64,000 nt of DNA from Sphyrna mokarran. Taxonomy: Eukaryota. The notes beneath the pieces are model-generated. The model saw only the letters and a list, made by a program, of their open reading frames with translations. It did not search any database and had not been told where the DNA came from. The position numbers and the translations under genes were made by a program. The stretch covers positions 149,048,001 through 149,112,000 of the forward strand of contig JAGIQG010000001.1 of assembly GCA_024679065.1 (NCBI GenBank), in the 5' to 3' direction. Positions 12,922 through 24,770 of this stretch are shown here, in pieces. Positions within the stretch are counted from its first letter, which is position 1; every line of letters begins with the position of its first letter.

Positions 12922-13229
12922 ATCTTTCTGCAAAGAAAGAGGTGAAAAAAACAAAAATTAAATGTCACTACTTATTTTCATACAAGAGTTACTGCTTTAC
13001 TAAGCAATCAGCTATTTGTGAAGATATTTTTGAGGAACTTAATAAAGTACAATATAAATGTATGCTTGTCTTTTTTTTTCAATTTTAAAAATCACGTCGA
13101 ACATGAGCAGATGACAGTCAGCATCTGAAACGGACGATTCCAGTGTAATCCTGTACCAGAACTCAGATTTTGTTTTATTTGTTTTGTTCCATCAGTGTAA
13201 TCTCATTTGATTTAAAGTGGACGACCATT

Positions 13230-14540
13230 TAGAACATAGAACACTACAGCACAAACAGGCCCTTCGGCCCACAAGTTGCACCGATCGTATCATTACCTAC
13301 CAGGTTATAGAACTATCTGTAACTCCCAATCCCATTAAATCCCATGTACTCATCCAGAAGTCTCTTAAAAGACCCCAGCGAGTTCACCTCTGTCACCACT
13401 GACGGCAGCCGATTCCATTCACTCACCACCCTCTGAGTGAAAAACCTTACCTCTAACATCTCCTCTGTACTTGCCCTGCAGCACTTTAAACCTGTGTCCT
13501 CTCGTAGCAACCATTTCTGCCCTGGGAAATACCTCTGAGAATCCTCCCTATCTATTCCTCTCAACATCTTATAAACCTCTATCAGGTCGCCCCCTCAACC
13601 TTCGTATCTCCAGGGAGAAGACACCTAGCTCCCTCAACCTATCCTCATAAGGCATGCCCCCCAATCCAGGCAACATCCTTGTAAATCTCCTCTGCACCCT
13701 CTCAATAGCTTCCACAATCTTCCTATAGTGAGGTGACCAGAACTGCACATAGTACTCCAAGTGGGATCTGACAAGAGTCTTATAAAGTTGCAGCATTATC
13801 TCCCGACTCCTAAACTCAATCTCTCAATTAATGAAGGTCAGTACACCATATGCCTTCTTGACCACATCCACCACCTGCAGGGCCGATTTAAGAGTTCTAT
13901 GGACCCGGACCCCAAGATCCTTCTGCTCCTCAACACTGCCAAGCCTCCTACCCTTGATATTATACTCCTTCATCTTATTGGTCCTGCCAAAATGGACCAC
14001 CACACATTTATCCGTGTTGAAGTCCATCTGCCACTTCACCGCCCAATATTGCATCCTATCTATGTCTCGCTGCAACTTCTGACATCCCTCCAAACTATCC
14101 ACAACACCACCAACCTTCGTATCATCGGCAAACTTACTAACCCATCCATTCACTTCCTCATCCAGGTCACTTATGAAAATGACAAACAGCAAGGGTCATA
14201 GAACAGATCCCTGGGGCACTCCACTGGTGACTGACCTCCATGCAGAAAAAGACCCACCCATAACCACTTTCTGCCTTCAGCAGGCAAGCCAGTTCTGGAT
14301 CCACAAGGCCAAAGCCCCTTGGATCCCATGCCCTCTCATCTTCTCAAGAAGTCTTGCATGGGGGACCTTATCAAACGCCTTGCTGAAATCCACGTAAACC
14401 ACATCCACTGCTCTTCCTTCGTCAATGTGTTCAGTCACATTTTCGAAGAACTCAACTAGGCTTGTAAGGCACGATCTGCCCTTAACAAAGCCATGTTGAC
14501 TATTTCTTATCATATTGAACTTCTCTAAATGCTCATAAAT
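13230..14540 (-). mobile_element. 5'-truncated CR1 LINE (HER1-like), reverse transcriptase C-terminal half, inactivated
   Basis: ORF track shows SQHGFVKGRSCLT, VDFSKAFDKVPH, SKFADDTKV, LEYYVQFWSP and FFTQRVVSEWNRLP. Three segments share one frame broken by stops, plus one frameshift near 13590. A (gttcta)n-type tail lies at ~13230. Confidence 0.95.
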
Positions 14541-14550
14541 TTGTACTAGA

Positions 14551-14780
14551 AGGTCACGTGGCACAGTAGTTAATGTCCCTGCCTCAGCCAGAAGCTCTGG
14601 ATTCAAGTCCCATCCCAGGACTTAATGGCCAAGGAAGGCACATTCATAATGTGGTCAGACTGGTTGAATATCAAGCTGCAAAATCTTTCCAATGCCAGTA
14701 CCAGGTGATAAGAGCGGGATAGACTCCTATTTAGCAATGCTTAATGTGAAGTGGTACTCCTCAAGCTATAAGCCTCTGAT
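14551..14780 (+). mobile_element. tRNA-headed SINE-like element of a different family
   Basis: A box gtggcacagtag and B box gattcaagtccc. The body does not resemble HE1. The 3' boundary is uncertain. Confidence 0.5.
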
Positions 14781-14904
14781 TAAGCTGGTAACTTGTTTGA
14801 GGAAAATCTCAGAATGGGAGGTGTAGGTAGAGAAACATCAGGCTGTATTTCCATTTTTAAAATTTGGGTGTATTCATTATATTTTTTGGCCTTTTTATTT
14901 CCAG

Positions 14905-15824
14905 GACCCAGTTCCCAGTTGGCGTACACCATTGCATCTGGAGATTCACTGCAACATTTTGATATAGATAATAATGGCATCCTGCTTATTAAGCAACAGC
15001 TGGATCGGGAAAGCCAATCATTCTACAACCTGCTGATAAGGGCTCATGATTTATCTCTTCCCCCAGCGAGTAGACTTACAAGCACTGCGCAAGTCTCTGT
15101 TATTCTGCTGGATGTTAATGACAGCCCACCAAAGTTTATTTCATCTAAGATAGCCTACATGCAGGAAAACTCTCCAATGAACACTGTCGTCTATAAAGCC
15201 CAAGCCACTGACCCTGACAGTGGACCGAACAGTTATGTTGAGTATAAGCTAAGCCATTCGGGAAACAAATTCAGTATTGGGACAATAAATGGGGAGTTGC
15301 GACTGACTGGTGAACTTGACAGGGAAGAAGTCTCGAATTATACATTGACCGTGATTGCTACAGACAAGGGCGAACCTCCACTCTCATCGACAATGGATGT
15401 TACTGTGATTGTGCTTGATGTGAATGATAACACACCTGTCTTTCAACAATCTCTCTACGAAATTGAGATTAGTGAAAATACTCTTAGTGGCATCGATCTC
15501 ATTCAAGTTACTGCAACTGATTTAGATGAAGGAGCTAATGGTCAGATCCGTTATCATATTGCCCAGGGCAATCACAACAATGATTTTCGAATTGACTCTG
15601 TTACTGGTGTTGTATCAGTAGCTAAGCAACTTGATCGTGAAACAAGACCTTCGTATTCTTTGATTGTCCAAGCAACTGATCGTGGAAGCAGCTCACAAAC
15701 TGCAACAGCAATAGTAAAAGTTGATCTCACAGATGTGAATGACTTTATACCAATCTTTGAATTATCACCCTACACAGTGCATGTTCAGGAAAATGCACAG
15801 AATCTGCCAAAGTCTGTCTTACAG
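14905..15824 (+). CDS. FAT4: FAT4 internal coding exon (920 bp, phase 1 to phase 0), ~3 cadherin repeats
   Basis: Acceptor ctttttatttccag|ga and donor CAG|gttagt. Encodes (G)PSSQLAYTIASGD...LDRE...DVNDSPP...ATDPDSG...LDRE...DVNDNTP...LDRE...DVNDFIP...KSVLQ and joins the previous exon in frame (DADD-G-PSSQ). Confidence 0.95.
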
Positions 15825-16660
15825 GTTAGTGGAATCAAGAATTTATTGTAGTCTGCAATAATACTTCCATTTAGCTATAAGATCAATATTATAATTAAAT
15901 CTGATGATTATGTTGCACCCATATGTTAGTCAACCTCTATATTATATTTTTCCTAATGCTAAAAATGTAGCAAATCATACTGGTCTGGAGATGTAGGTGA
16001 TGCTGTTAAGTAATCATGAACATGTTGGACAGAACTTAACTGATTGCTATAGGTCCTGATGTTGATTGGAAGGAGGTCAATTGTCCCCATCACCACTCTT
16101 TCCCACCACAGTCAGCTTGTGGTGAGGAATTACTGGGTAACTTATTGGATCTGAAAGAAACATTGCTTCTTCCTCTGGCCCTCAAGCAGTGCCTAAAGGT
16201 ATATATTTCATGAATTCAGTCCCTCCTCCTTGTTTTAAGCTGCTACGTTTCCTGAAACTTGGGAAACCCAGTCACCTATGACTAAAATAAAATAATTGCT
16301 AAAATGAAGGCATGGGATCTCAGTTATTTAAATATCTAAATATGTAAATATTTATCTAAATATTTAAATTTAATAATCCATTTCCTATGAACAAACAGGT
16401 CTCCAGTCCCTCATTCCACCTTCATTAAAACCAAAACTGGGCAGAATCAAGGAGAGTTCAGCTCCTGCTACAGATTTTTTGCTCTTTAACCTCTAACACA
16501 ACTTCAGCCCAACAGTTTGAGGTGTTAAGATTCAGCCCTTTTTTTTTGTAAGTACAGTGACTATAATTAACTGAATGTTTTATGTAAGCTCTCACCAGTG
16601 CTTCTTCGAATATTACAGTGACATCATTGGATTGACATATACAATGGATTTATGCTATAG

Positions 16661-16835
16661 GTTGTAGCTCGTGATGACGACCAAGGGCTGAATGGCCAGC
16701 TGACTTACACAATTGTTGGTGGGAATACAGAAGAAGCTGTTACTTTGACACCCAGTGGGCTGCTAAGCCTGGTCATGAACCTGGATCGTGAAACAACAGC
16801 ACAATTTGTCCTGACAGTCATTGCTACAGATGCAG
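16661..16835 (+). CDS. FAT4: FAT4 internal coding exon (175 bp, phase 0 to phase 1)
   Basis: Acceptor ctatag|GTT and donor G|gtaaaa. Encodes VVARDDDQGLNGQLTYTIVGGNTEEAVTLTPSGLLSLVMNLDRETTAQFVLTVIATDA(G), continuing SVLQ in frame. Confidence 0.93.
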
Positions 16836-16876
16836 GTAAAAACAAGTCTCATCTACATTTCAAAGTTGTTCGGACT

Positions 16877-17132
16877 GGTGGCACAGTGGGTAACACTGCT
16901 GCCTCACAGTGTCAGGGACCCGGGTTCGATTCCGGCCTTGGGTCACTCTCTGGGCGGAATTTGCTCGTTCTTCCCGTGTCTCTAGTTTCCTCCAACAGTC
17001 TGAAAGAATGCTGGTTAGGTGGATTGGCCATGAATGTCCCCTCCGTGTTCCAAAGTGTGGTGACTAGGGGAACTAGACAGTAACCTCATTGCAATGTTAA
17101 TATGAACCTACTGATGACACTAACAAATAAAC
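16877..17132 (+). mobile_element. V-SINE with alternative tail, ~40 bp downstream of the exon donor
   Basis: ggtggcacagtgg (A box), ggttcgattcc (B box), V-domain, tail gtgactagggg...acactaacaaataaa. Confidence 0.85.
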
Positions 17133-17849
17133 CTCTCATACATTTTGAATGTGCTGCTTATGAGGTTAAGCATCATCCTTAATGAAAGTACAGATTGAAA
17201 ACCAGGCACAGAATACTGAATACTCCCACCATTTTGTTTTTATTTCAGCTTTCCAACATCTGCTATTGAAAAAGTCATTACATTGTTAAATTCATTGAAG
17301 AATATGATATTATTTACAGAGAAATTATTTCTTGGATTAATAACTAGTTATAATATAATCATAGGTCCTTTCTTTTGCCCATTTTATATTCTCTGTCACC
17401 CGACCTTCCTCATATCCAGTCCCCAACTTCTTTCAGTTTGTCTCTGAAGCCTCAGGTAGGTGATCTGCTACAATATGTTTCAGTTACTAATAGTCTGAAA
17501 TTGTCTGATTACAATGGAAGCTGACTGATATTCATGGAAGTGGAGAATGACACAGCACTGAGGTAGACCCAATAAGTGACAGAAAATTTAACGATTACAA
17601 AAAAATGTAATGACCATAATAGGAGCTGGTCTTTTTCCATTGAATGCTTAGTTATAATTTCAATCCACCTACAAGGAATTGAGATGAATTTTTTTCAGAT
17701 TTGCAAGAGAAACTCAAATGGATAGTAATTATAGGAAAGAATTTTTGAGTAGGTTGGAGTATTCCCAAAATATTAACAAATTGTAGTTAGATGGATTGAA
17801 CTACTTTTTTTGCAATCTGAATAAACCATAGTATTTTAAAATTACAAAT

Positions 17850-17985
17850 GAACAAAAGAGCACAAGTAGTCATTTGGCCCTTCGAGCCTGCTCTGACATT
17901 CAGATCTGATTGTAACCTCAACTCCACGTTCCTGCTTATGTCTGATAACCTTTTACTCCTTGCTTATCAAGAATCTATTGACTTC
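17850..17985 (-). mobile_element. CR1 3' UTR remnant
   Basis: gagcacaagtagtcatttggcccttcgagcctgctctgacattc ... cttatcaagaatctattga is the reverse complement of a CR1-type 3' end. Confidence 0.55.
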
Positions 17986-19289
17986 TGTTAATTATCCTGT
18001 TTTAATTATAATCTTGCAAAGATAGGTTACTGACACTCACAGTCCAGCTGGTTAGAGTATTTGACAGGCAAAGGTTGATTGCAACCTCTGACAGTCCTTT
18101 GTAATCTTTGACAGGTAATCACTTGTGAATTCAGTCTGTTCCTTATGTGTACTGCCTCCAATAGCCAATTACAATTGCTGACAGTTAATCAAGCTCTCAG
18201 AATATCAGTTCCAGGCAATGATAATAAGTATGTATAAGTATACAATGATATAAGTACAGCAAGTTTCCTGTAGCCAATTACAATCTCTGTTAGCACTTGC
18301 ACACTAATAGGCTGGCATCGTGCTTGAATTTGGCAGCATGCACAATGATCGATGCATGATTACCTTGCATAATTACAGCAAGTCTCTCGTGCCTCAGTCA
18401 TTTTCAATAAATGTTAGTAGCTGAAAAATAGTTTTTAATTGAACAGCTGCTTTTCTCCTGATGGGTGATGTAAATTCTTATTGGTCAAAATGTATTTCAA
18501 CAAAGTATAAAATCAGAGTCTGTGAGACTAGACAACTTCCATGATGTCTATGTATACGAGAGTTGGTGTTTATTATGAGTATAATTGTAAGCTCCATTTT
18601 TCAGGGGTTTCTGCCATCCCTAATTTATGTAAAGTTGATAAGTTGATCCTCTTCCCATTGCGGAACCTGACAGGTCATGGGATCAGTAAACATCTGATCT
18701 GGCAACCAGACAGAGGCCCTTCAAATTCCCTCTTCGTATTTTTGCTAACCAAATATGTTTGTGTTCCACATTCAGCAGTGTTTTATTTATTGGCTGAATT
18801 CTAAAATAATGCAGCAGTACAGTCTGTCAACTGTATTTCGACTATCTTATTATAAAATAGCCATAGACTGTTACATTTAATTCCTTAAGATGCTTATTTG
18901 TCCAGAGAGTATTTAGTAATAGATGTTGAAGGATGAGTTCCAGCTGTGGTAGGATTCAGTGCACACGAAGCAAGATGATGGCTGCAGTTATACTTGTCTT
19001 GGCTGTATAGTTTCTTTACATACTATATCATCAATTTCCCACTCTAAACTAGGCACCTCTACAAATAGTAAAAAGCCAAAACTAGGACAGTCTGTATTGT
19101 GGTAGATATCCAATTTTATTCAGTATGATTGCAGCAGAAAAAGCTTTTCTTTTAAAAATGTTATGTGACATTAGCTAGGAGAAAGTACTAAACAAGGAAA
19201 GGGCCAAAGAAATTGACACAGCTAGTATACTATTCCTGTTTATTATACTGTACACTCTGCTGCGGACTCTACCTCATCTACAAATAAAG

Positions 19290-19772
19290 AGAAAAGAACA
19301 AAGAAAATTACAGCACAGGAGCAAACCCTTTGGTCCTCCAAGTCTGCACCGACTACAGTACCCGACTGAAATAAAATCCCCTATCCTTCTGGGGACCATA
19401 TCCCTCCATTCTCATCCTATTCATGTATTTATCAAGATGTCCCTTAAAAGTCACTATCATATCTATTTCCATTACTTCCCCTGCAACAAGTTTCAGACAC
19501 CCATCACTGTGTAAGAAAAAACTTGTCTTTTAATCTGCTTTAAACCTTGCCCCTCGTGCATTAAACCAAAACTCCCTAGCAACTGACTCTTCCACCCTGA
19601 GAAAAAGTTTCTGATAATCCACTCTGTCCTTACCACTCATAATCTTGTAGATTTTTATAGCTCACCCCTCAACCTTCATTGTTACTATGAGAACATACCA
19701 AGTTTCTCCAACCTCTTCTCATAGCTAATGCCCTCCATACCAGGCAACATCTGGGTAAATCTTTTCTGTACC
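19290..19772 (-). mobile_element. 5'-truncated CR1 LINE fragment
   Basis: Tail agaacaaagaaaattacagcacagg. The segment ccctccataccaggcaacatctgggtaaatcttttctgtac reads VQKRFTQMLPGMEG on the - strand. Confidence 0.85.
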
Positions 19773-20594
19773 ATGAGTGAAGTTTTATAGAATGGTCTCC
19801 CTGTTCTCCCAAAGATAACAGGGTAAAATTCCATTTGATGTCCCATTATTTACTGCTGGTTGACTGCACTCCACAGCCAATACATTTCCTGGCCCCCGCA
19901 GCACAGGAAGCAGCAAATCTAATTCATTCAGGTCACGTTCGGATGTACTACACCGTCTCTGCAAGCGCACATGAGCTACCTCACCATATGTACTGTGTAT
20001 ACAATGCAGCTTTCATGCATTTAAAATCTTATCTTCTCTATTTAATTCTCACAATTGTCAATGCTTTTTTATCTTGCACTTCACGATAATTTCATTTCTC
20101 ACATATTGTTTCGACAGTTGTTTCAACTAGAATAACATGCTGATATTTCAGTCAGAAACAAGGCTTTGCAAATGCAATTCCTCTTTGAGGCTGTCTGAAG
20201 GGATAGTACATCAGACATTGTGCATTGCTAAGAAATCGCAGATATATGCTTGTTTGACAAAAAGTTGAACATAGGCCAGAATGTTAGGAAGTTAATTATT
20301 CTGAGTTTTAAAATTAAAATGTATTGTTATCTTTAAAAGCCTTGTGCAATAAGGAGGTTGACAATAACATGTGAATTCTGCTTCCCAAGTTTTATAGTGA
20401 AAGCTTTGCACATTACAGATTTTTTTCCCAAATTTTACATTAGAAAAGCACAGCTTTCTTTTTCTTAAGTGCATTGAAGACCTGGGGTGAGATTCTCCAT
20501 CTCATCCATACCCACCTTACTGCCAGCGAGTATAGAGAATTTGACATTCAAGCAAAGCTCCATTCAGCCAAAACTCCATTTACTGGAGTAAATC

Positions 20595-21541
20595 AAAGAA
20601 CAAAGAACAAAACAGCACAGGAAACAGGCCCTTTGGCCCAATGAGCCCACGCCGCCACTCCAATGTTCCCACCTACACCCGTGATCCCTGCCAATGTTTA
20701 TAGATCTATGGATTAAGAACCAAATTTGAGACAATTTAGGGAGAATTTGTTTTGCCAATTAGCCTAAGAGCACATCTTTGGGATGTGGGAGGAAACTGGA
20801 GCACCTTGAGAAAACCCATGCAAGCACGGGGAGAATGCGCAAACTCCCACAGACACAAATCCATGTATCTGCACAGTACAGGATAGTCACTGAGCTGTCG
20901 TGTTGCCCATCAAATGGTCCAGGTCAAGTGTACACTAACAACGTGAAGCACGAGGATACTCTCAAAAAAAAATCCAAGAGCAGCCCTCTCATGACCCATC
21001 GCGTGTATGCCCCTCGTTAGACAACAAAGTGGACCAAAGCACCTATAGGATAAAAACAAGTACATCAATATCATCATCTATTTACACACTTCCCAGGGAC
21101 TCCCAAGGCTCATGATCCCTATTTTAAATCAGTTTTCTATACCCCTCCATTCCCATTCTGTTCATGTGCCCATCTAAGTATTTCTTAAATAACTCCAGAG
21201 TACCTGCCTCCACCACTTTACTTGGCAGCGCATTCCATACCCCCACCACCCTCTGTGTGAAAAAACTCCCTCTAGCTTCCAAATTATACCTTACCCACCT
21301 CACTCTAAGCCTGTGACCCCTCGTGATATTCGAGTCCATCCTAGGAAAAAGCTTAAACCTGTTTACTCTATCTATACCCCTCATAATCTTGTACACCTCT
21401 ATCAGATCTCCTCTAAATCTACGTCTTTCTAAGAAAAACTGTCCCAATTTGCCTAACCTCTCCTTGTAACTCAGACCTTCCATATCAGGCAGCATCCTGG
21501 TAAACCTCCTCTGCACTCTCTCCAGAGTCTCCACGTCCTTC
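20595..21541 (-). mobile_element. CR1 LINE 3' part with intact ORF2 C-terminus and a V-SINE core in its 3' region
   Basis: ORF 21124-21534 reads ETLERVQRRFTRMLP...FFTQRVVGVWNALP. A V-domain at ~20755-20855 has the same orientation, and a (gttcttt)n tail lies at ~20595. Confidence 0.88.
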
Positions 21542-23177
21542 CGAATCCTAGCAGATGGGATCAGAGATTTTCAGCTGTAAGGTTTTCCTGCAGATGTTAG
21601 AACATAGGCCTGGCTAGACTTGCAAACCATGTCGTTGTTAATTTTCAAATAGGAGAGAAAAGGTATTTTGCTCAGCTTTGCATAATTTACTATTTATACG
21701 TGCATTATTTTTAATGGCTTGAATTTATCCACTACTTTCTCCATTAATAGTGCATTAAAATTCAGAAAGACGGTGATTTATCAGTAGTCATCCAATATTT
21801 TAATGCTATATTAATGTAGAAAAAACCTTAACTACACTTCAGGGATCCATAATTAAAGTATTGCACCAATTCATCATTGAAAGTAACAAAAAATAATGAA
21901 TCGTTGGTAATTTGCAATGTACTAATTATGTTACAGGCCTGAATCTTTGAGATGTGCAACTTTTGAGGAGGTGTTGAGTTAAAGATAGGCTGATATTCAT
22001 GCACAGTTTATTAAAAGAAATTTTAATTTCGAGTTCCTCGGACTCTGATATTATTGCATATTTGAGATTATTTCTGTAACTCATGTGAGAATTGACTGCC
22101 AACTTTAGCCTAAAACTGAAGCAGTTACTGTTGCTGGAAGTGTGTTCAGCTGTGCTTGTTTAAGAGATGGTGCTAACTGGAGTGTTGAGTTCCAGTCCAG
22201 CATTGTTGGGATCATATTGGTTGTATATGTTGATTGATATCATTATCTGTCTATTATGCACATCTCGAACAGATGACCCACGCGCATAAACTAACAACAA
22301 AATTCCACCCAAGGGAGCTCACACTAGATACCTGTGCACGTGCCACAGACACTGTTATGAAGTCAGCACCAAAAAAAAACAGGTGCTCAGGAGTCTAATT
22401 TTGCAGCCAAAGCTTTTGGGAAACTATAATTTAGAACCTAATTATCTAGATTATTTTTTATTAAAAGTGATCTTTTAGCTGCGATTGTGATATTTTATCT
22501 TTTGAACCCAGCAACAAAAATCTGTCCAGTGACATTTAATCCCAGGTGGCTATATATAACTAGTAGCTAGAATTTCTGACATTGCATAGATGTTCGGCGC
22601 TACCATTTTTTTAGTTTGACTGACTTGTTTAAACTCCATAGGGAATTTCAGTAAATCCTTTTTTTTTCATTTATTTTTAAAGTGAAGTTAAATATAATGC
22701 CAGACTTACCATGTTTGTGTCCTGGGAATTTAAACTCTGTCATCAGCTGCAGGATGACTCAGTTTAATATGTACACACTGTGGAAATGGGATGAATATTT
22801 TGACCTCAATGTCCTTGGAACTAGAAAATAGAGAGAGCCTTACCATCCCCGTTCCCCTCTCACTCTTATACCTTACTCAGTTGTGGGGATGGGAGGGGTG
22901 GGAATTGGCCAGGAATCTGACTCAGATCCCGGATTTGCCAGGATTTCACCCAATTGTTTGTGGTCCTTTAAATTCCACCAGGCACCAAGCTTCTCTGTCC
23001 TCCCAATATCGAGAGGATATGACTGGGTTAAATTACTGGGATTGTCACCACTCGTGTTCATTGCAACCTTCTGCATTAGTCACCTCGAGCTCTTAGGAAA
23101 AAACTCTGAACTGTGCTTTCATGTGTTGCTAGGCCTCAATCTGCTGCTGGATGGTTCTGCTCTGCCTTCCTTCCTTT

Positions 23178-23380
23178 GTAAAGTTTTACAACACCAATTT
23201 TAAATCCAACCAATTTATTTGATAGTAAATTCGTGAGCTTTCGACTTTATAGCCATCGTCAGGCAAATGCAGTGTTCTGGTCTGCAATAGCACTCATACC
23301 CACACAGACAGCTACAGATTGCTGATTAGAATGCGAATCCTTACATCTAACCTGCTATTCAAGTGTTAAAGTGGCTAACA
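23178..23380 (-). mobile_element. Penelope-like terminal repeat remnant carrying a hammerhead motif
   Basis: On the - strand a hammerhead core is followed by aataaa and ttggatttaaaattggtgttgtaaaactttac. This resembles the end of fish Penelope-type repeats, recognised from memory. Boundaries are approximate. Confidence 0.55.
23229..23268 (-). ncRNA. Minimal type I hammerhead ribozyme motif
   Basis: Minus strand reads AUUUGC-CUGACGA-U-GGCU-AUAA-AGUC-GAAA-GC-UC^ACGAAU. Both catalytic boxes are intact, stem II has 4 bp, the stem III position is the palindrome AGCU, and stem I has 5 of 6 pairs. Confidence 0.65.
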
Positions 23381-24391
23381 AAATTCCTTCTTTGTGGCAG
23401 GCTGTGCTGATGCACCAGCCCTAGCTATACAAAATCCCCTGGGATTTGCGACAGGCGTTCCTACCCATTATTTTGGGAGGATGGGAATTCCACTCTGTTG
23501 CATTTGTGCCACTGGATCAGATTCCCAGGAATTTAAGTGTTCTTTTATTGTTTGGCATCAAGGGTCTGTATGTAGTAAAACGCGAGATGTGGCTACTTCT
23601 GGCAGATGTAGTTTCAAAGCACAAGCCTTAAAGGGAAGTTGCTCGAGCAATAATCCGTTATTTTCAACCTATAATTTTGTGAGGCCAAAAGGAGCATGAG
23701 TGTCCCTCCAAGGCCCTCAAATATCCTCCAGATTGTATGATATTCTCCAGTCTCTTTCAGAAAAGAAAGAAGCAGCATCAAGATATTAAGGCATGCAATT
23801 TTAAAAAAAAAAGTCAGGGAGATGTGAGTAAAGTTTCAGAAAAAGTGTGATCCAAATGAATTGTTTTAGAGAAACAAATAAACTAAAAGGTGAAGATCTT
23901 CCATTAACTCGGTTTTATTGTTAGCTTGCAGAGTACTGAAAGGTGTTAGTTTCTAGAAAGACATGGTGAAATATTTCCTGAAGTACCAGAATGAAGATAA
24001 GAGTGTGAGGATGGTACATCAACTCCTCTTGGCAGAATATTGTATTAAGTTCTACAAACAGGCTGTAAAGTCATTAAAAGGTAAACCATCACATGGAAAC
24101 ATATTCACATTAGCAAAAAGCTATCTCGAACAATATTTATACAATAGAAGATTTCTATTTACTGTAGGAAATAAGCACACTCATTATTTACATTTCCATC
24201 ATGCAACAAACAGGAAACTGTCCATTAAAACATCTGTTGATAATGAACAGCTGTTATTGCATTTGTAAACCTATATTGATAATTAACACAGTGCACAGAT
24301 TAGGTTACTTTTGAATATCAGCAGCTTGGAATGCAAGTTTCATTTGTCTCATATCAATCTTATCCATCTTTGTTGACTGTATTAAATGGAT

Positions 24392-24770
24392 GGCAGGGTG
24401 GCACAGTGATTAGCACTGCCGCCTTACACCCAGGTTCGATTCCCAGCTTGGATCACTATCTGTGTGGAGTCTGCATGTTCTCACCGTGTCTGCGTGAGGT
24501 GCTCCGGTTTCCTCCCAGAGTGCGAAAGACGTGTTGGTTAGTGCATTGACCATGCTAAATTCTCCTTCCACAATAGGGAAATTTCACAGTAATTTCATTG
24601 AGTAATTAATGTAAACTTTATTTGTGAGTAATAAATAAACTTCTCTTTAACTACTCCGTGTACCTGAACAGGTGCTGGAGTAAGGCAAATAGGGAATTTT
24701 TTACAGTAACTTCATTGCAGTATTAATGTAAACCTAACTGTGACACCAGTAAGTAAACTAAAACTTTAAA
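24392..24770 (+). mobile_element. V-SINE with alternative tail present twice
   Basis: A and B boxes at ~24399 and ~24433, then a V-domain. The tail atagggaaatttcacagtaa...aataaataaact occurs at ~24573-24641 and again at ~24689-24765. Confidence 0.85.

Noticed and set aside
14793-14904. N-terminal extension of the 352-aa ORF (MFEENLRM...FLAFLFP), resembling a signal or transmembrane segment
   Set aside because: It is intron read-through. The hydrophobic stretch is the translated polypyrimidine tract before the acceptor at 14904.
16325-16377. Repeated taaatat units with quasi-palindromic symmetry
   Set aside because: Low-complexity AT slippage with no evidence of function.
16836-17083. C-terminal part of ORF 16745-17083
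   Set aside because: It runs past the splice donor into a SINE, so it is not a real protein extension.
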